Counted from the first letter of the stretch, positions 10,136 to 26,453 are shown. The stretch is 64,000 nt of DNA from Selaginella moellendorffii (GCF_000143415.4 NW_003314279.1:124001-188000); one strand, 5' to 3'. The notes: a model not told the origin generated them from the sequence alone. Numbers and translations are program-made.

Positions 10136-11182
10136 TCAAGCTCGAAGGATGTCGACGTCGAAGGTTCTGAGCACCAATGGATCGTCGCTAAAAGGCACGC
10201 TGAGCTTGTAAACTGCCACCACCTTGGCTTCCAAGCCGCCATCGCTGGGAACTTGGATCACTGTCACAACCTTGCAATTCATGGAGACTGCCCAGATGTT
10301 CTTCTGGCAGCTCACAGTGCGGAAGAAGAACCTGTCATCGCTGGAAGAAGCATTCGTCAGCCGGAGCGCCTCCCACATGTTCTTGCCACGTTCGTATCTC
10401 CACATCAACGATCCAGCCATGTCGGCCTCGTAGATCCGGTTGGAGTGCACAAAGCAGCGGCGCCCCGGCAATCCAGTGTCCGCCACTTCCCAGGAAAGAT
10501 CTCGTGCCGAGAAAACAAGCGTAGCTCCGACGCCACCGCGTGAGAAAACAGCCATCTTGGTGCGATCGACGACGATGGCGATGTGAAAGGCTATGGTCTC
10601 CGGCGATGGCGATTGTGGGAGAGGTTCCCATCGGTCCTCCACCGGATCGTATACCTCGGCGTCCAATCCCTTCCCCATTAAGTTACCACCAACTACGTAG
10701 AGCCGACCCTCCATAGCCGCGGACGCACAGTGCGCTCGAGGACACAGCATAGGCGCCGCGGCGCTCCATCGGTTCGTGTGTGAATCGAAGACGCTCACCA
10801 GTTTCTTGCCCCTCCATCCCCCGAGAAGATAGAGCTTGCCGCCGAGAGCCTTGCACTCGAATCCCGCAATGCCGTGGATGTGCTGCGGAGGAGGAGGAAG
10901 TATCATCCACGCTTTCTTGGCGCTATTGGGATTGAACGCCATGATCAGAGTCTCTTGCCTGAGCATCACCGTCGCGACAAGCCACTCCTCGTCCAAGCCC
11001 TGGGCGGAGCGATCGTCGTAGAACTTGGCGCTGGAGACGAGATTCCTCCACGCTCTGCTCACCTGGCGCATTTGGCCGTGGGATGGGAGCGTCACTCGCA
11101 GGAGGCACTGGTACGCGGCGTCGTCGTCCAGGCCGGGGATGAGCGTCGTCGCCATAGCCGCCCCAAGTCCAAGTTTAGCCAT
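10136..11182 (-). CDS. F-box/kelch-repeat protein
   Basis: F-box LIPGLDDDAAYQCLLRV...VSRAWRNLV followed by kelch repeats (KLYLLGG, RLYVVGG, AEVYDPVEDRW). Confidence 0.9.
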   Translation of the reverse strand: MAKLGLGAAMATTLIPGLDDDAAYQCLLRVTLPSHGQMRQVSRAWRNLVSSAKFYDDRSAQGLDEEWLVATVMLRQETLIMAFNPNSAKKAWMILPPPPQHIHGIAGFECKALGGKLYLLGGWRGKKLVSVFDSHTNRWSAAAPMLCPRAHCASAAMEGRLYVVGGNLMGKGLDAEVYDPVEDRWEPLPQSPSPETIAFHIAIVVDRTKMAVFSRGGVGATLVFSARDLSWEVADTGLPGRRCFVHSNRIYEADMAGSLMWRYERGKNMWEALRLTNASSSDDRFFFRTVSCQKNIWAVSMNCKVVTVIQVPSDGGLEAKVVAVYKLSVPFSDDPLVLRTFDVDILRA

Positions 11183-11248
11183 TCAAATAGTCAGTGGCAG
11201 AAGCGCTAGCGGCATCTAAAGTTATCATTCTTCTTAAGTTTTATTGGA

Positions 11249-11360
11249 TGCCCAAAACAGGCATTTGTCTGGTAGTCTGATCTAAACACTTCTTTCCATC
11301 TCTAGATCTAGTGCAAGTTTTGAGCGAGCTTCTATCTCCCTTGGAAAGCAACGAGATGCC
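11249..11360 (+). pseudogene. Duplicated fragment of the RAF1-like gene (end of intron 1 plus part of exon 2)
   Basis: gcccaaaacaggcatttgt...gagcgagcttctatctcccttggaaagcaacgagatgc matches 6868-7004. Confidence 0.75.
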
Positions 11361-11899
11361 GCACCAAAAGGATTGCCCATCATCTTTGCTTCTCGTCTTA
11401 CTTCTTCCAAACTACTTTAAACTATTAACTTGCAAAAGTTGTCGGCACTCCTGGAAGGGATCTGTAAGCCATCGACCGAAGCATTCGTTAAATGCAGGCA
11501 CCTGATCGCCTGATTCGCCTCCGACTCTCAGCTCCTTACATTGACATCGGCATTATGTCACACAAGCTGGAGAAGGAAAAACAGGAATATGGTATAAGCC
11601 ATTGCTTCCTCTCTTCAAGAAAAGAATGCTTTCGGTGTTTCAAGCCACACACAGCATCAAAAGATCTCATAAAGTAGTAGCCTTGTCTTGAGAATTCACG
11701 CCTTATTTTTCCATTCTTGCAATTGACATAGAAGGAGTTGATGGCACAAGGCTCCGTGGGAAGTAACATTGCCTGTGCCAAGGACTATTAAGAATCCATA
11801 TCAAAACTTGGACAACAGAGAAACCATTCACCTCCTTCAACAATAGCTATGGAACAGCAAAACATTACTGGAAGGGAGTCTGACGAAATTGTAGACATT

Positions 11900-14800
11900 A
11901 TTGGAGCTGAAATCCAAGATGTGATAGGTGCCTTGAATCATGGAGATCAAGGGCCACGTTCAACAGCAATTTCAGGAGAAATTCCTGGACGTACTAGTAA
12001 ATAGCTAGTGGTTCTTTCTTGTTTCAAACAAGAAGTGATTTGGGAGCTCGAAGGAGCTAAAGTCCAGGATCAAGGCAACTGTACTCACTTCATTGGAAAC
12101 AAGCCTCTTGCTTGTGATTGCTCGCCTGTCCTGGTTCTAGTTGTTTCTAGTGTCCATTCTAAAAAATATCCTATTCATTCTTTGCTCTCATTTCTGGCTC
12201 TTTGTTTATCAGAGTATGATCGAAAGGATGGAAATGCTACCACCTTCACTTTCTCTGATGATTTTCATTTTTGATGGATCTGGAAACTTCTCGAGCTAGA
12301 GGTCCCAGATGGAGCTCATCCTTAGAGGTAAGGGAGTTTGGGGCATTGTCAACTGACAAAAGCTGATGCAGGGTATCAGAAGGTGGATAGTTGGGGTTGG
12401 CATGAGGACAAGGACACAATAACGATTGGGCTTGTGGTGATGGAGAGCATGCTGGATGATCTCACCCTCAACAAGAATTACACCAACAGTGAGCTGTGGA
12501 AGAAGCTGCGTGAGAAGCACAAGTAGCAAATACATGTCCATTGGTCATGTCTATATTTCTATATGGAGATGGGGTCAATAAACTTTAGCTTTGTTGTGCC
12601 ATACTTGCCATCAAGGAGGAAATTATCATGTGGAGGGATGTTTAGATTTTCCACTCTAAATTTGATGAAGCTTTTTTTGCAAGAATCTCTTCTAAGTCCA
12701 ACAAGGACTCTCAAAAGAAGTTGTCTTGTGGTTATTGCAACAAGTATAACCATGAGGAGTTTGAATGCAAGTTGAAGATAAAAGATCTTCAACAATAGTT
12801 AAAGGATTTCAAATTTTCAAAACTTACAATTCACTATAGACAATGCTATATGAAGTTTGTGTTGCCCAGGTTAAAACCAAGATTTGCAACAATATCATGG
12901 TAACTAACTCTTTTGTGATTGATTTTGAAGCCATTACTCACCTGTTTTAGCACAAATCTCATTTTGTCAAGTATTGGTCTTAGCTAACATGCTGCACAGT
13001 TAGGAGACAGCAATGAGCATGGTGTTTATGACATTAGTGACATCAACATCTAAACATCTCATGGGAACTTAAGTTTGACTAAGTTAATGTATATTTTTAC
13101 TTTTGCAAAGATTTATTGTCACTAACCTAAACTCATGATATGGTTTCCTAAGGAACTCAAAAACAAAGGATAAGTTTGATCTGACTAGGGAAAGACTCAA
13201 AGTTTATTGGCAATCTAATTCAAGGAGGAAAAGTGGTATTTTTTAAAGAAATTTCTTCTATTTTTGATCTTGACTTTGTGAATTTTTTAAGTTTTTAGTT
13301 TTAAAATGATGCTATTCTTAGTGCTGATCCAAGAGAGTTTGAGTAAGGAAAAGTTGAATTTGAGGTTGTTTTGACTTTGGTGGCATCTCTAACATACTAA
13401 TAAAAAAAAGGGGTGAAATTTTCAAATCAATTGAAAATGTTGAATACTCTTCTATTATCACTTTTGATTTAATAGATTTTTGTGCAGTTACATATCTTCC
13501 TTGTTCAAGGAACCAAACAATGGATAAAGAAACTGAGTTCATCACTTCCATGCATATTTTCAATGTACAGCTGTTGATTAAGCTTAACCTTGATGATTCT
13601 ATCAACTATCACAAAACTCAATTCTTTACACATAACTATAAATAATAATATAACCTCAAGACATACTCTTTAGTGGTAAAGATGATAAAGTGTTTAAATT
13701 TTACTTGCTTTTACAACTATTTTGATCTTGATATTTATCATACTAGCATTAAGTTTCCACATAAAATGTTGCTTCCTAAGCTGGGTGTATCCTTCTATTT
13801 ATTGAATATAAGGAAAGTTTTTTATAGTCTTAAGCAAACTTTTAAAGCATGATGGTAGAAAATCAATATTTTTTTTAAGCTAAAGGATTTTCTCATATCA
13901 CTTTTAAATTCAACATTGAAGAGAAGTAATCATAGAGCCTTGGTAATATCAAATTCTTAGTAAAGGCTAAGTGTCCTAGTGAGGAGTGCTAAGCCATGGC
14001 AAAGATACCATTTTTAAGATTTACTTGAGAGTTTGATACATTTTATAATGTATAGCTGTTTAGATTTGGCTTATATTGTTATCACTTTTAGCTAATTTTC
14101 TATTAACTTTGGAAAAAAACATTGGGATATAGCTGAATCTATTATGTACTATGTAAAACAAACTTTTGCTTGAGTGTTACATAGCTTCTAGTGGTGGCTT
14201 TATCTTGTTTATTACAGCAATAACAATTTGTTAAACCACATAGATAACCATAAATTCCCAATAGGATTTTGCTTTTAGTTTGGAACAAACTTTGTTCTTT
14301 ATGCCAACAAGAAGTAAACTCATCTTGTTCTTTCCTCCACAAAAGCAAAATATTATATTGCTTTAGTTGAGGGATTTTTTTTTCATTTCAAGAATTTCTT
14401 AAAGCTTTTGGGCAATCCTTTATACTAGTTACTTTTCATATTAACAATAAAAAAGCTATTGATTAGTGCAATAGTGAAGTGACAACACTAAAAGTTTCAA
14501 TTTGTTGCTAAGCACTTTCACTAGGTTAGGGATTTATTACACACAAATTTATTAAAGGTTCAACATATTTCCTCTCAACAATAACTTTGTTGACATCTTT
14601 ACAAAACTATTGATGTTTGTGGAACACTAAAGTTGTGGCTAGCCCTTGACTGAGGAAAAGGTAATAGTAACAAACACACCCTTAGTTTTTAGGAGTGTTG
14701 AAATTGAAATCTATACTTGTTAAGTTGCTTATAGATCATAGGGACTTTATTAACTTTGCCATCCATCTTAAATACAGGAAGAAGTTAGCTAGAATGTTCT

Positions 14801-15000
14801 TTCCAACCACTATGAATGTGTTTGTGATCTTTGAACTTCATTGTTAGTTCCCTCTTAGCAGAGTCTCTAGTGGAGTTCCTTCTATTCATCACCAATCTTT
14901 ATCATGAAGTTGAAAGTGAGATCAAAGAGTTTGGACGTGAGCTCTACAAGATTTATCAGGTAACTTTAAAGCTCCTTTAAGAGCATTGACATCTCAACCT
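11900..15000 (+). mobile_element. Highly decayed Ty1/Copia retrotransposon remnant (boundaries approximate)
   Basis: Gag-like TIGLVVMESML...SELWKKLREK (12338-12526), RT-like SLIHFIMYSCLDLAYIV (about 14030) and RNaseH-like HFHxVRDL...KVQHISS...VDIFTKLL (about 14510-14610), then ttttaggag-tgttg (PPT/LTR-like) near 14690; very AT-rich. Confidence 0.55.
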
Positions 15001-15239
15001 TCTGAACTTGCTAAAATATATTAACTCACTTGGCAGTGACATAGTAACACAAATTGTTTTTGGATTTTGTATATTAAGTTCAAATTGGTGTATAGTTATC
15101 TATGTGGCAAATTTTGGTACGTAATTTCAAATATATGGCTTTTTTAAACTCTAAAGCACCATTTCATATGGTTTTTTTAATATATTTTTGGTTTGCTTAA
15201 TCAAGTATACCTAGAATATGCTTGAATATTCTAGGATAT

Positions 15240-15425
15240 TCTACCATCTAATGATTGTTACTCATTTAAATTAATCTTGTATTTATAATTTATAAATATT
15301 TTTATAATTCATAAACTTTTTTAAACACTTCCTAGTATATTCTTATTTATTCTATCATCTAATGATTGATATTCAATAAGATTAATCTTGTGTTTATAAA
15401 TTATAAACATATTTATAATTATAAG
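15240..15425. repeat. Degenerate AT-rich tandem duplication (about 110-bp period)
   Basis: tctaccatctaatgattg...attaatcttgtatttataatttataaa at 15240 recurs as tctatcatctaatgattg...attaatcttgtgtttataaattataaa at 15351. Confidence 0.7.
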
Positions 15426-17239
15426 ATTTCATTTGATTATTTAGATTATTAAATGTTATTTAAATAGTTTTCTAAAATTTATACACTATATGATTATTTA
15501 TATAGATTATAGTGTCTTCCACAGCACATCCTATACCAATTTTCTTTTTTCTATTTTATTCTCTAAGTTTCCAAATATTCTATCTTTATATTCCATCTAA
15601 GCATTTCATCTATGTAATACTTTTCTTATATAGTTAGGTTTTTATAGAATACTTTAATATATAATTCAACACTTCAAATTTTTCAACTCATATTAGCTTA
15701 ATTTATTGGAAAGATGTAGTTAATACTACTAGCCATAACTGCTACCATTGACTTTTGGTTGTTAACCCTAGTTTTGGCCACTAGCTGTTGGCCATCAGCC
15801 CTAGTTTTACCCATTGTGGCTGTGGCATTAATCACTTAAAAGGCAAGATTTTATTTCTACCTAATATGGTTGTTGCTAAGATTGTATTATCTTAGAGTTA
15901 GTATTATGTTGAAGTCATAAACAATAATGTTCATTGTATTTTTTAATCTCATAATGGTGCAAAGTTTTCCTTGGGAAAAGAAGTAGTAAAAGATCTAAGG
16001 TAACTCATTTTTTTTCTTGTGTTTGGAATCTCATTCCACATGGAGGAGAATCTAATCTCCAATTACGCTCTAGAGAAGATATTGATAGGTTATATTGAGA
16101 AAACACTGGTGGGATTTGTGATATAACACATATATTTGTTTGTATAATTTTTTTTAAGAAAATCATATATAGTTTTTTTTTTCTAAAAAATGAGTATTAA
16201 AAACTATACAAGGATACTATAATATAAAATAAATAATGAAAACATATCTAAAACTAAATGAAGCACTATTATGAAAATTATTATAAAACGATTCAAATTT
16301 TACATAGTGAAACTATACACTAAATTACATGATGTAATTTTGTCCTATATATTTTTCTCATATTGGAAGTTTTATTTCTCTCACTTAATATTTTTATATA
16401 GCTAAATTTTGAAAAACCACATAATTTAGCTTGTTAGGGTGCATAACTTTTAAAAGTTCCTCCAATGATTGCCATAGGTGGTTGAAACCATCCTAGCTCT
16501 TCATCCAAAGTTTTTGCTGGCAATTGCTAGAAAAGAAGATACAATCTTATTTCTTGAGGAGTTCCTTGGTATCTTCAATTATGGAGATGATGATGAGGAG
16601 CATGAGGTTGCCATACCTCTAAGAGAGCTTTGAGCTTATTAAGAAGATGGAGATGGCTGAGGGTTTGGACGTCTTGAGTGGCAATTTGCTACTATTCCCT
16701 TGGTTACTATGGAAGATGAGAGCAATGCAAAATGTGAAAAATAATCCAAATAACTCTAATGATTTTTTCTAGAAGTATGATTATATATGAAATTTAGCCT
16801 TTTATTAACAAGAAAATACAAAGTCTATGAACCATATGTGATAAAAATTTATTTAAACTTACCTATTTTAGTCAAATCTATTATTAAAAAAATTATTGAT
16901 ATATATAATGTATTTAAATTTGGAGCCAAACTTCAAGCCCATTTGCACTATAAAATGAGAGTTTAGTATGCACTTAAATCCTTTATGAACACAAACTCTC
17001 CATATTCAGCCTTTACAAGCAAAATACTGTCAAACAAAAGCTAACACAATTTTAATATATCAATGGCCTATTGTAGGGTAACCTACTAAATAACCAAATG
17101 CAAAACAAAGAGCAACACAATGGGAACTAAATTAATATTTCAAATGATCAACCACACTTCCAACCATTATCCCTTATTATATATTTCCCCCCCAACACCC
17201 CCCACTTAACATATAATTGCTGCCAGCAGGCAATTGCCG

Positions 17240-18249
17240 CCAAGGATGTCGCAGAGGTCCACATCACTGTACTCGGCAGCGGCCTGCTTGACACTATTCG
17301 AGTAGCTCTTTGTGCAGTTAGTTGGCAAAGCTCATCCATTAGCAACTCTCCCTAAGAATTTGATAAGTTTTGTCAGAGAAAAGGCCATGTGAACGTAAAG
17401 ACATAAGTTGCCTTTGAGTTGAGGAGAATGTTGGGATTGAGTTAAATGATAAAAGACTTTGATTTTGGTGTGTTGGTATCCAACTTACAGCTATTCCTTT
17501 GAGATTGAACGTGGAAGCTTTTTGTTTGTTGTGGTCGAGGAGATGAGCTGCGAGTTGAGGAACATAGTGTCCTGTTCCTAAAATATATGAATCTTTGAAG
17601 AGTTTTAACAAGTTTATATACACCTGCGTAGCTTTCACCCGAAATGTAGAGGGTTGCGTTCTTATACTGGAAATCTTACAAACCAAGCTTGCAAGAACAC
17701 AACCAGATCTCTCGCTGGTGTAAAAGATCATAAAGAGGTAAGAAAACATACATGTCTTCTCGTCATCGTTTTTTTCTACTTTGTGCGAGTAAGCCCATCC
17801 AACTCCAACCGGTGAATCCACAAACAACATATTCGACACTGCCAAGATATCGAAAATAACAAAATCGATCTTTCCACTCTCCAATTCTAACCTTGATTCC
17901 AGGCATGCTCGTTTCTAACAAGCCCATCGGATTTGGGACCCGAGCTCCGTGAACGCACCAATTCCCACCGATGAACACCCAGGACTTGGACTCAAACCAG
18001 GGAGATTTTTTCGCGGGAAAAGATCTCGTACCTCCATTCAGCCAAATCGTCAGGGGCTTGGTTGTGGATTGCTCGCAGCCTCCACAAAGTAGTAAAACAG
18101 CGCCTTGCTCGAATTCTCGGCAACATTGACATAACCAGCGTAGTGCTTGAATGGAACCCATGGCTGGCCTGGAAGATTTGGTCCGAGATGGGAGCTCCAG
18201 CGGCTATCTCAAGAAAAACAAACAATCCCACTAAACTGGAGCCTCGCAT
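17240..18249 (-). pseudogene. Serine carboxypeptidase-like pseudogene (frameshifted, 3'-truncated tandem paralog)
   Basis: Pieces such as [60 protein letters not shown] and FNLKGIAV lie in broken frames; the C-terminal half is absent. Confidence 0.8.
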
Positions 18250-18468
18250 CGGGGATCTACAAAGGCATATAAAGGAATTTTATCTTCCTATTGGAAAGGA
18301 AATGTGTAAGCCTGTTCCAATGGTGGGAATCTTCCAGGCAAAACGAGAACAAACTGTGTTATCGTGATCGATTAGTCAACGAGTGGAGGAAAACGGTTAG
18401 GAGATGATACATGGTTCCATCTTTTTTGATGAAACCACATCAGAAAAAAAGAATTCGCGTTATCATCG

Positions 18469-20505
<2,037 letters not shown>

Positions 20506-21052
20506 TATCAAAATTGGCCGACAGACAACTCTCGATCAAGGAGAGGCTAGAGAGTAAATAAAGGGAAGCGCAGGGAAGCCAAAAGTTGTCATGAACAAGA
20601 CGTGATCTAAAAGCCCGCGGTAAAGAACGGCTTTTTTCGTGTGATTTGAGTGGGAGCACAAGATAAACTGCTGGTACGTTGGTACTACTCCACCAAGTTG
20701 CACAACAAGAACGCGGTGAATCCTTTTCATCTTGTAAACGTGAGTATTCGTTACCTCGCAAAATCCTGGGGAGCGAGGACGAGCACGTAGAACTATTATT
20801 GTTTCCTTGCGTTTTAGACGATTGCTTCAGCCGATTCTTGCGAAGCTTGCTCTTGTTGTAACGCCACAATTGGCAAACGAACAATAAAAGGAAGAAAGGA
20901 GCCAGCTTTTTGTGGAAGAATCACACTTTCACCAGAAATTCCCCTCCACTTTGCGCGTTACCGATCCCAAGAACCTTTCGAGGCATGGCTTTAGAGAATC
21001 AACTTAGCATATAGCTCAAAACAGCGTTACAAAAACATCCTCCTTTCAGCCT

Positions 21053-21695
<643 letters not shown>

Positions 21696-21885
21696 CGCTC
21701 CTCCCTCTCTCTCCTGCCCGGCGCCTCCGCAACAGAAACCCTAGAAACACCCTAAGTAGCCCCAGCCGTCGAAATTTTACACGGACGATCAGGATCGGCC
21801 CTATATTGTCCCGAACGAACGATTGAGATCAAGGGTTTTCTAGGAATTAGGGTTCTTCCGCGGCGGCGAGGCGAGAGAAAGAGGA
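21696..21885. promoter_or_regulatory. Bidirectional promoter of RPS15/RPS25 with telo-box motifs
   Basis: 190-bp gap between divergent ATGs; AAACCCTAG at about 21737 and TTAGGGTT at about 21847, one next to each gene. Confidence 0.7.
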
Positions 21886-22330
21886 ATGGCGCCCAAGAAG
21901 GAGAAGGCCGCGCCCGCTGCGAAGCCCGCCAAGAGCGGCGGCGGTGGCAAGCAAAAGAAGAAGGTAAGCGCCGCCTGCGATCGATTCGGTTGATTTCCAG
22001 AGTCTCTTTTTTTCGGCACTCTAGAAATGGAGCAAGGGGAAGCAAAAGGAGAAGGTCAACAACATGGTCCTCTTCGATCAGGCGACCTTCGATAAGCTCA
22101 TGGCGGAGGTTCCGAAGTACAAGCTCATCACTCCATCGGTGCTCTCGGATCGATTGAGGGTGAGTTCTAGAAAATATTCCAATTCTTTTCTTACTCCCAA
22201 CTCGGTGTTTGTTCAGATAACTGGATCTCTTGCTCGTCGCGCGATCAAGGAGCTCACTGCCAAGGGCGTGATTCGCTCCGTCTCAGTTCACGCGTCGCAG
22301 CAGATCTACACGAGAGCGACTAACACTTGA
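21886..22330 (+). CDS. RPS25: 40S ribosomal protein S25 (eS25), 3 exons
   Basis: [10 protein letters not shown]...[66 protein letters not shown]...[10 protein letters not shown]. Confidence 0.97.
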
Positions 22331-22780
22331 GCGCTCCGTTGTTTTTGATAAGGAAGAGCTCATCGTGTACTCCATTTTCTTTCTTGATCAAAGCTAAGTT
22401 TTTTCTGCGAGATAGATACCATGGTTGGTCAATACTAGTCAATGGGGGTCAACGTTCTTTGACATTATTGACTAGCTTTATGACGCTAAAGCTGCTGTCG
22501 TGCCATTTCTTAACCTTGTTACAGTAATGCGTATCAAAATTTTCCTTCGAGCCTCTTCACTTTTGACACTACCTTCTCTACAAGCTAAAGCGTTCTAAAG
22601 CACACCAAGCTCTCGACACATACACTTCCTCTGTGTCTATCTCCTCTAGCTCTAGGCCTACGTAGAAAAAACACTCACCACCATGGTACGAGAACTCACA
22701 GAAACGAAACGAGAGCAAAAAAACACCACAACCTCTCCCTCTCATTGAGCAGTGACTCCTGCAACAACAAAACGTTTCCA

Positions 22781-24313
22781 TCAGTCCACAAACTCTCGCC
22801 TCTCAAAGATCCTAGCAGCTGAGGAAAAAAAAAGGAAGTAGCGCGCGAGAGAGGGAGAGAAAAGGCCTACTCTTATCACATCACTCGTAAAAAAAGTCAC
22901 CTCGTTGTGACTGCCTGCTCGCGGCACCATAGCCTCCGTATGATCCATTCGCACCGCCCTCCGGAGCCGGGGACGACGAAGCCGCCCCCATCCCATACCC
23001 CCCACCGGGCGTCCCACCGGGAGCAGCGTTTCCATACGCATCGGCCCTCCAAGTGTTCTCCGGGTAGCCACCATACCCGTCACCATAGCCGCCTGCGTTC
23101 CCAGAGGCCGGAGCGTATCCACCACCACCGCCGGCATTGTTGTAGCCACCACCACCACCGCTACTTCGTCCGCCACCGCCGTAGCTCCCGGCGGCACTGG
23201 GAGGGCCACCGTAGCTTCCAGCAGCGGCACCGCCCGGAGGATAGCCACCTTCGCCACCTCCATACCCATAGCCACCGTAGCTCCCACTCCCTGTCGAGCC
23301 CTGTGCCCCTCCAGCATTCCCCCAGCTCGTAGCACCGTAGCCGCTCATGTTACCGCCGTTGCCACCATAGCCAGGAGAGTTTCCTCCATAGCTCGGAGCC
23401 GCGGCCCAGCCAGCGTTCCTCCCAGGGCCGTAAGAGCCTGCTCCAGATCCTGCAGCGTAGCCCGTTCCCGCTCCATATGCCGCTGCTCCAGGAGTGGCCC
23501 CGTAAGGAGCACCGCCACCGTAGCCAGCATAGCCATATCCATACCCGGCAGCGCCATACCCAGCAGCAGCGTAAGACGGGTACGCGCCCCTTGCTGGTCC
23601 GTAGGCGTAAGGCGCCGCAAATCCCTGTCCGTAGCCGAAGGGACCTCGGGGTCCGGCGTATCCAGCAGTCGGGCTCCGAGCAGCGGCCGAGGCATCCTTT
23701 GGGACCGCTCGCTTCACTTCCACCATCTTGTCCTTGAGCTCGTGGAACGTCTTCTGGAGGACACTGTCCACGGCCTCTTCGGAGTCGAAGGTGATGAAGC
23801 CGAAGCCCCGGGGCCTTTGCGTTGCATGGTCGTACATGACCACGATATCGGTGATGTTGCCAAACTGCTCGAAGTACTGCTTGAACTCCTCCTCTGAGAC
23901 GTTCGGTGCTAGCCCCCCTACAAAAATCTTCTTGGTCCTAGTCGTGCTACTAGCGGGCGAAGTGGCTCCTCCCGGGCCACCCGGCTTGACGGCATTTTGG
24001 TGCTCGTCCCTAGGCACTGCTTTTTTGGCCTCCACCTAAAGAAGAAGACACACTAAGCTACATTGTCTAGGTAGCGGTGAGAGGAGCTTACCAGTTTCCC
24101 ATTGATGCTGTGCTTGTCTTGTACAACTCGGTCAGCAACGTCGGGATCCGCGAACACGACGAAGCCAAAGCCGCGGCCACGCCCAGTCGTCCTGTCTTTC
24201 ATGATCATCGCCTCCACCACATCGCCATAGCTCTGGAAGTACTCCTTGAGCTTCTCGTCTGTGGTCTCCCAAGACACGCCGCCAACGAAAATCTTTCCCT
24301 GATCGGAATCCAT
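22781..24313 (-). CDS. hnRNP A/B (Musashi/DAZAP1-like) RNA-binding protein with two RRMs and a Gly/Tyr-rich tail
   Basis: RRM1 KIFVGGVS...RGFGFVVF and RRM2 KIFVGGLA...RGFGFITF, then a GY-rich low-complexity region. The 3' end is 22881 if unspliced, or 22781 if a final intron after SRQSQR is used. Confidence 0.92.
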
Positions 24314-24919
24314 CCCCCTCCTCTGTTCGCCGCTGCCGCGCCGCCGCTGCTGCTACCCGAAGCTTGGCAATCGGAAATACCCTAAGCTACTTCCTCCCGC
24401 GCAGCTCCCAGAACCCAGCAGTGACAGCAGTACCTGGCGGCGATCGCGCGTACCATAGGAGAAGCGCTACCGCTGCTGCTGAGATCGATCGCGGGACCGG
24501 CCGGCGAGAGCGAGAGCGAGGGCGATGGCGCTGATCGGAGGAGATCCCATGCGACTAGTAAACCCTAGCCCTAATCCGTATAAACGGGGGATTTGGCCCT
24601 CCCGTACTTCTTGGGCATATTCTTCCAGTCAAACCCCGGTCCGTACCGTCAATCTAACGGCCATATCAAACGGCTACAAAGCACGAGGGCCAGGCTCGGA
24701 GGCCGAGCCTTGTCCCGAGCCTGGCCAGTCACGGGGGTACTAGTCTAACGGCTACACGCACCGCGCTATATAAGTAGACGCTCCACGCGAGCTTGTAAGG
24801 TTCTCATAGAATTCATAGAGCTGTGATTCTAGCGCAGTGAATTTGCCCTCTTTCAGAGATTGGATCTTGCTCTCTTTCCAGAGATTGGATCGATCGACTT
24901 CCCCCTAGTGTGCGAAGGA

Positions 24920-25880
24920 ATGGCAAGGGCAGGGAAGATGATCCTTGCCGCGGCGATCGCTGTGCTGTGCTGCTGCTCGGTCGCGTCGGCGACGAGGTAC
25001 ATTGTCGGCGATGAGGTGGGATGGAGCGATCCCAGCATGAGCAATGTGAGCTACGCGGATTGGGCGCTCAAGCATCGCTTTCACGTCGGGGATTCGCTGG
25101 GTATGGATCTCTTGTCTTGCTGCCCTAACCCTCCCCCTCGCTCTTCCTCGGCATTCCTCTTCCTCGCGGCACTCTGCGGCCTGCTTCTCAAAATCTTTCC
25201 ATCGCTGCTCGCCGCGGCGCTTGCCAATGCGTGAGATTGATTGGATTTTGGATGGATTGGAACAAGGATTGTGCTCGATCGGTGATTGTCGCTTGAAATA
25301 TCATTGGATGTCCTTGATCGCGAGCTCTAGCATCTTGTTTGCGTGGTGTGATGATCATCTTTCATGGCTTGTAGCGATTGAATGGCTGCTTCGCTTGTGT
25401 GCTCGAAATGGGGCTTGGATTTCTACAACCGCGAGCTCTAACACACTGTTTCTTGCAGTGTTCAAGTACCCATCCGATGCTCACACGGTGCTCAAGGTGA
25501 ATCGCCAGGATTTCGAGGCGTGCCACAACTCCAATTCCATGGCGAGCTACAAGGACGGCGAGAGCATCGTCCATCTCTCCTCCGCGGGGCCTCACTGGTT
25601 CATCTGCGGGGAGACGAGCCACTGCAACCAGGGCCAGAAGTTCGGGATCATGGTGGTGGAGCGCCGCGGGCGCCACAGCCGGGCTCCATCGCCATCGCCG
25701 GCGCCGGCTCCATCCGCTGGCGGGGAGGTGATGCCGGCGCCAGTGGGAGCGTCGGACGAGATCTCGCCCGCTTCTTCGCCCGGAGGAGCGCCAGCAATCG
25801 CTCCAGCCGCCGGTGGCGCCACCATGAATCGTGTCTTCGCGGGCTCTTCGCTGCTCGTGATTGTCGCGGCCCTGATATGA
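24920..25880 (+). CDS. Phytocyanin, stellacyanin-type (Gln axial ligand), with AGP-like tail and GPI signal
   Basis: Exons 24920-25100 and 25459-25880: signal peptide, YIVGDEVGW, FHVGDSLVFKY, Cu ligands H(AHTV), C(FICG), H(SHC) and Q(GQK), an AP/SP-rich tail and a hydrophobic C-terminus. Confidence 0.92.
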
Positions 25881-26453
25881 TCTGATCGATCGATCGTTCG
25901 ACTGGAAGGAAGGAAGGGATGGTGGAAGAAGAGTTTTTTTGCTACTGGCGGTGTAAATACCACGATCGACAAGGAGGGGGGAGAGCGAAGCGAGCATTGG
26001 ATTGATTGATTCATATTCACATTTGATAGTATGCCTTAGATTTCTTATGTCCTTTTTGGTTTAAGTCAATGAGTAAAATCTCCTTTAGTTCTTTAGCCCT
26101 TAACTTTATTTATTTTTTAAACCCGTAAACCTATTCTCAAACCCTTTCTGGAGTTTCATGCTGCGAAAATAGACTTTGCTGCGACATCTTCGAAGATCTG
26201 GCGAAGAAAAGTGTGTTCCATCCAGGGAGCCTTGATGCTGCTTCTCTTGAGGATTTCATTGCAAGATACTGCAAGAACAGAAGGAAGCGTTACCCCTAGC
26301 ATTTCAAGAGAAGAGAAAATCCATTATCTACCATATTGCTTTGAAGATTCTATCCAACATATGAAGCATATTCTTAATTATAAGTTGAGCTTTATTTAAT
26401 TATTATGCATTTTACTTAGCTGAGACAAAAAGAAATTTTCAGAGGACACAAAT

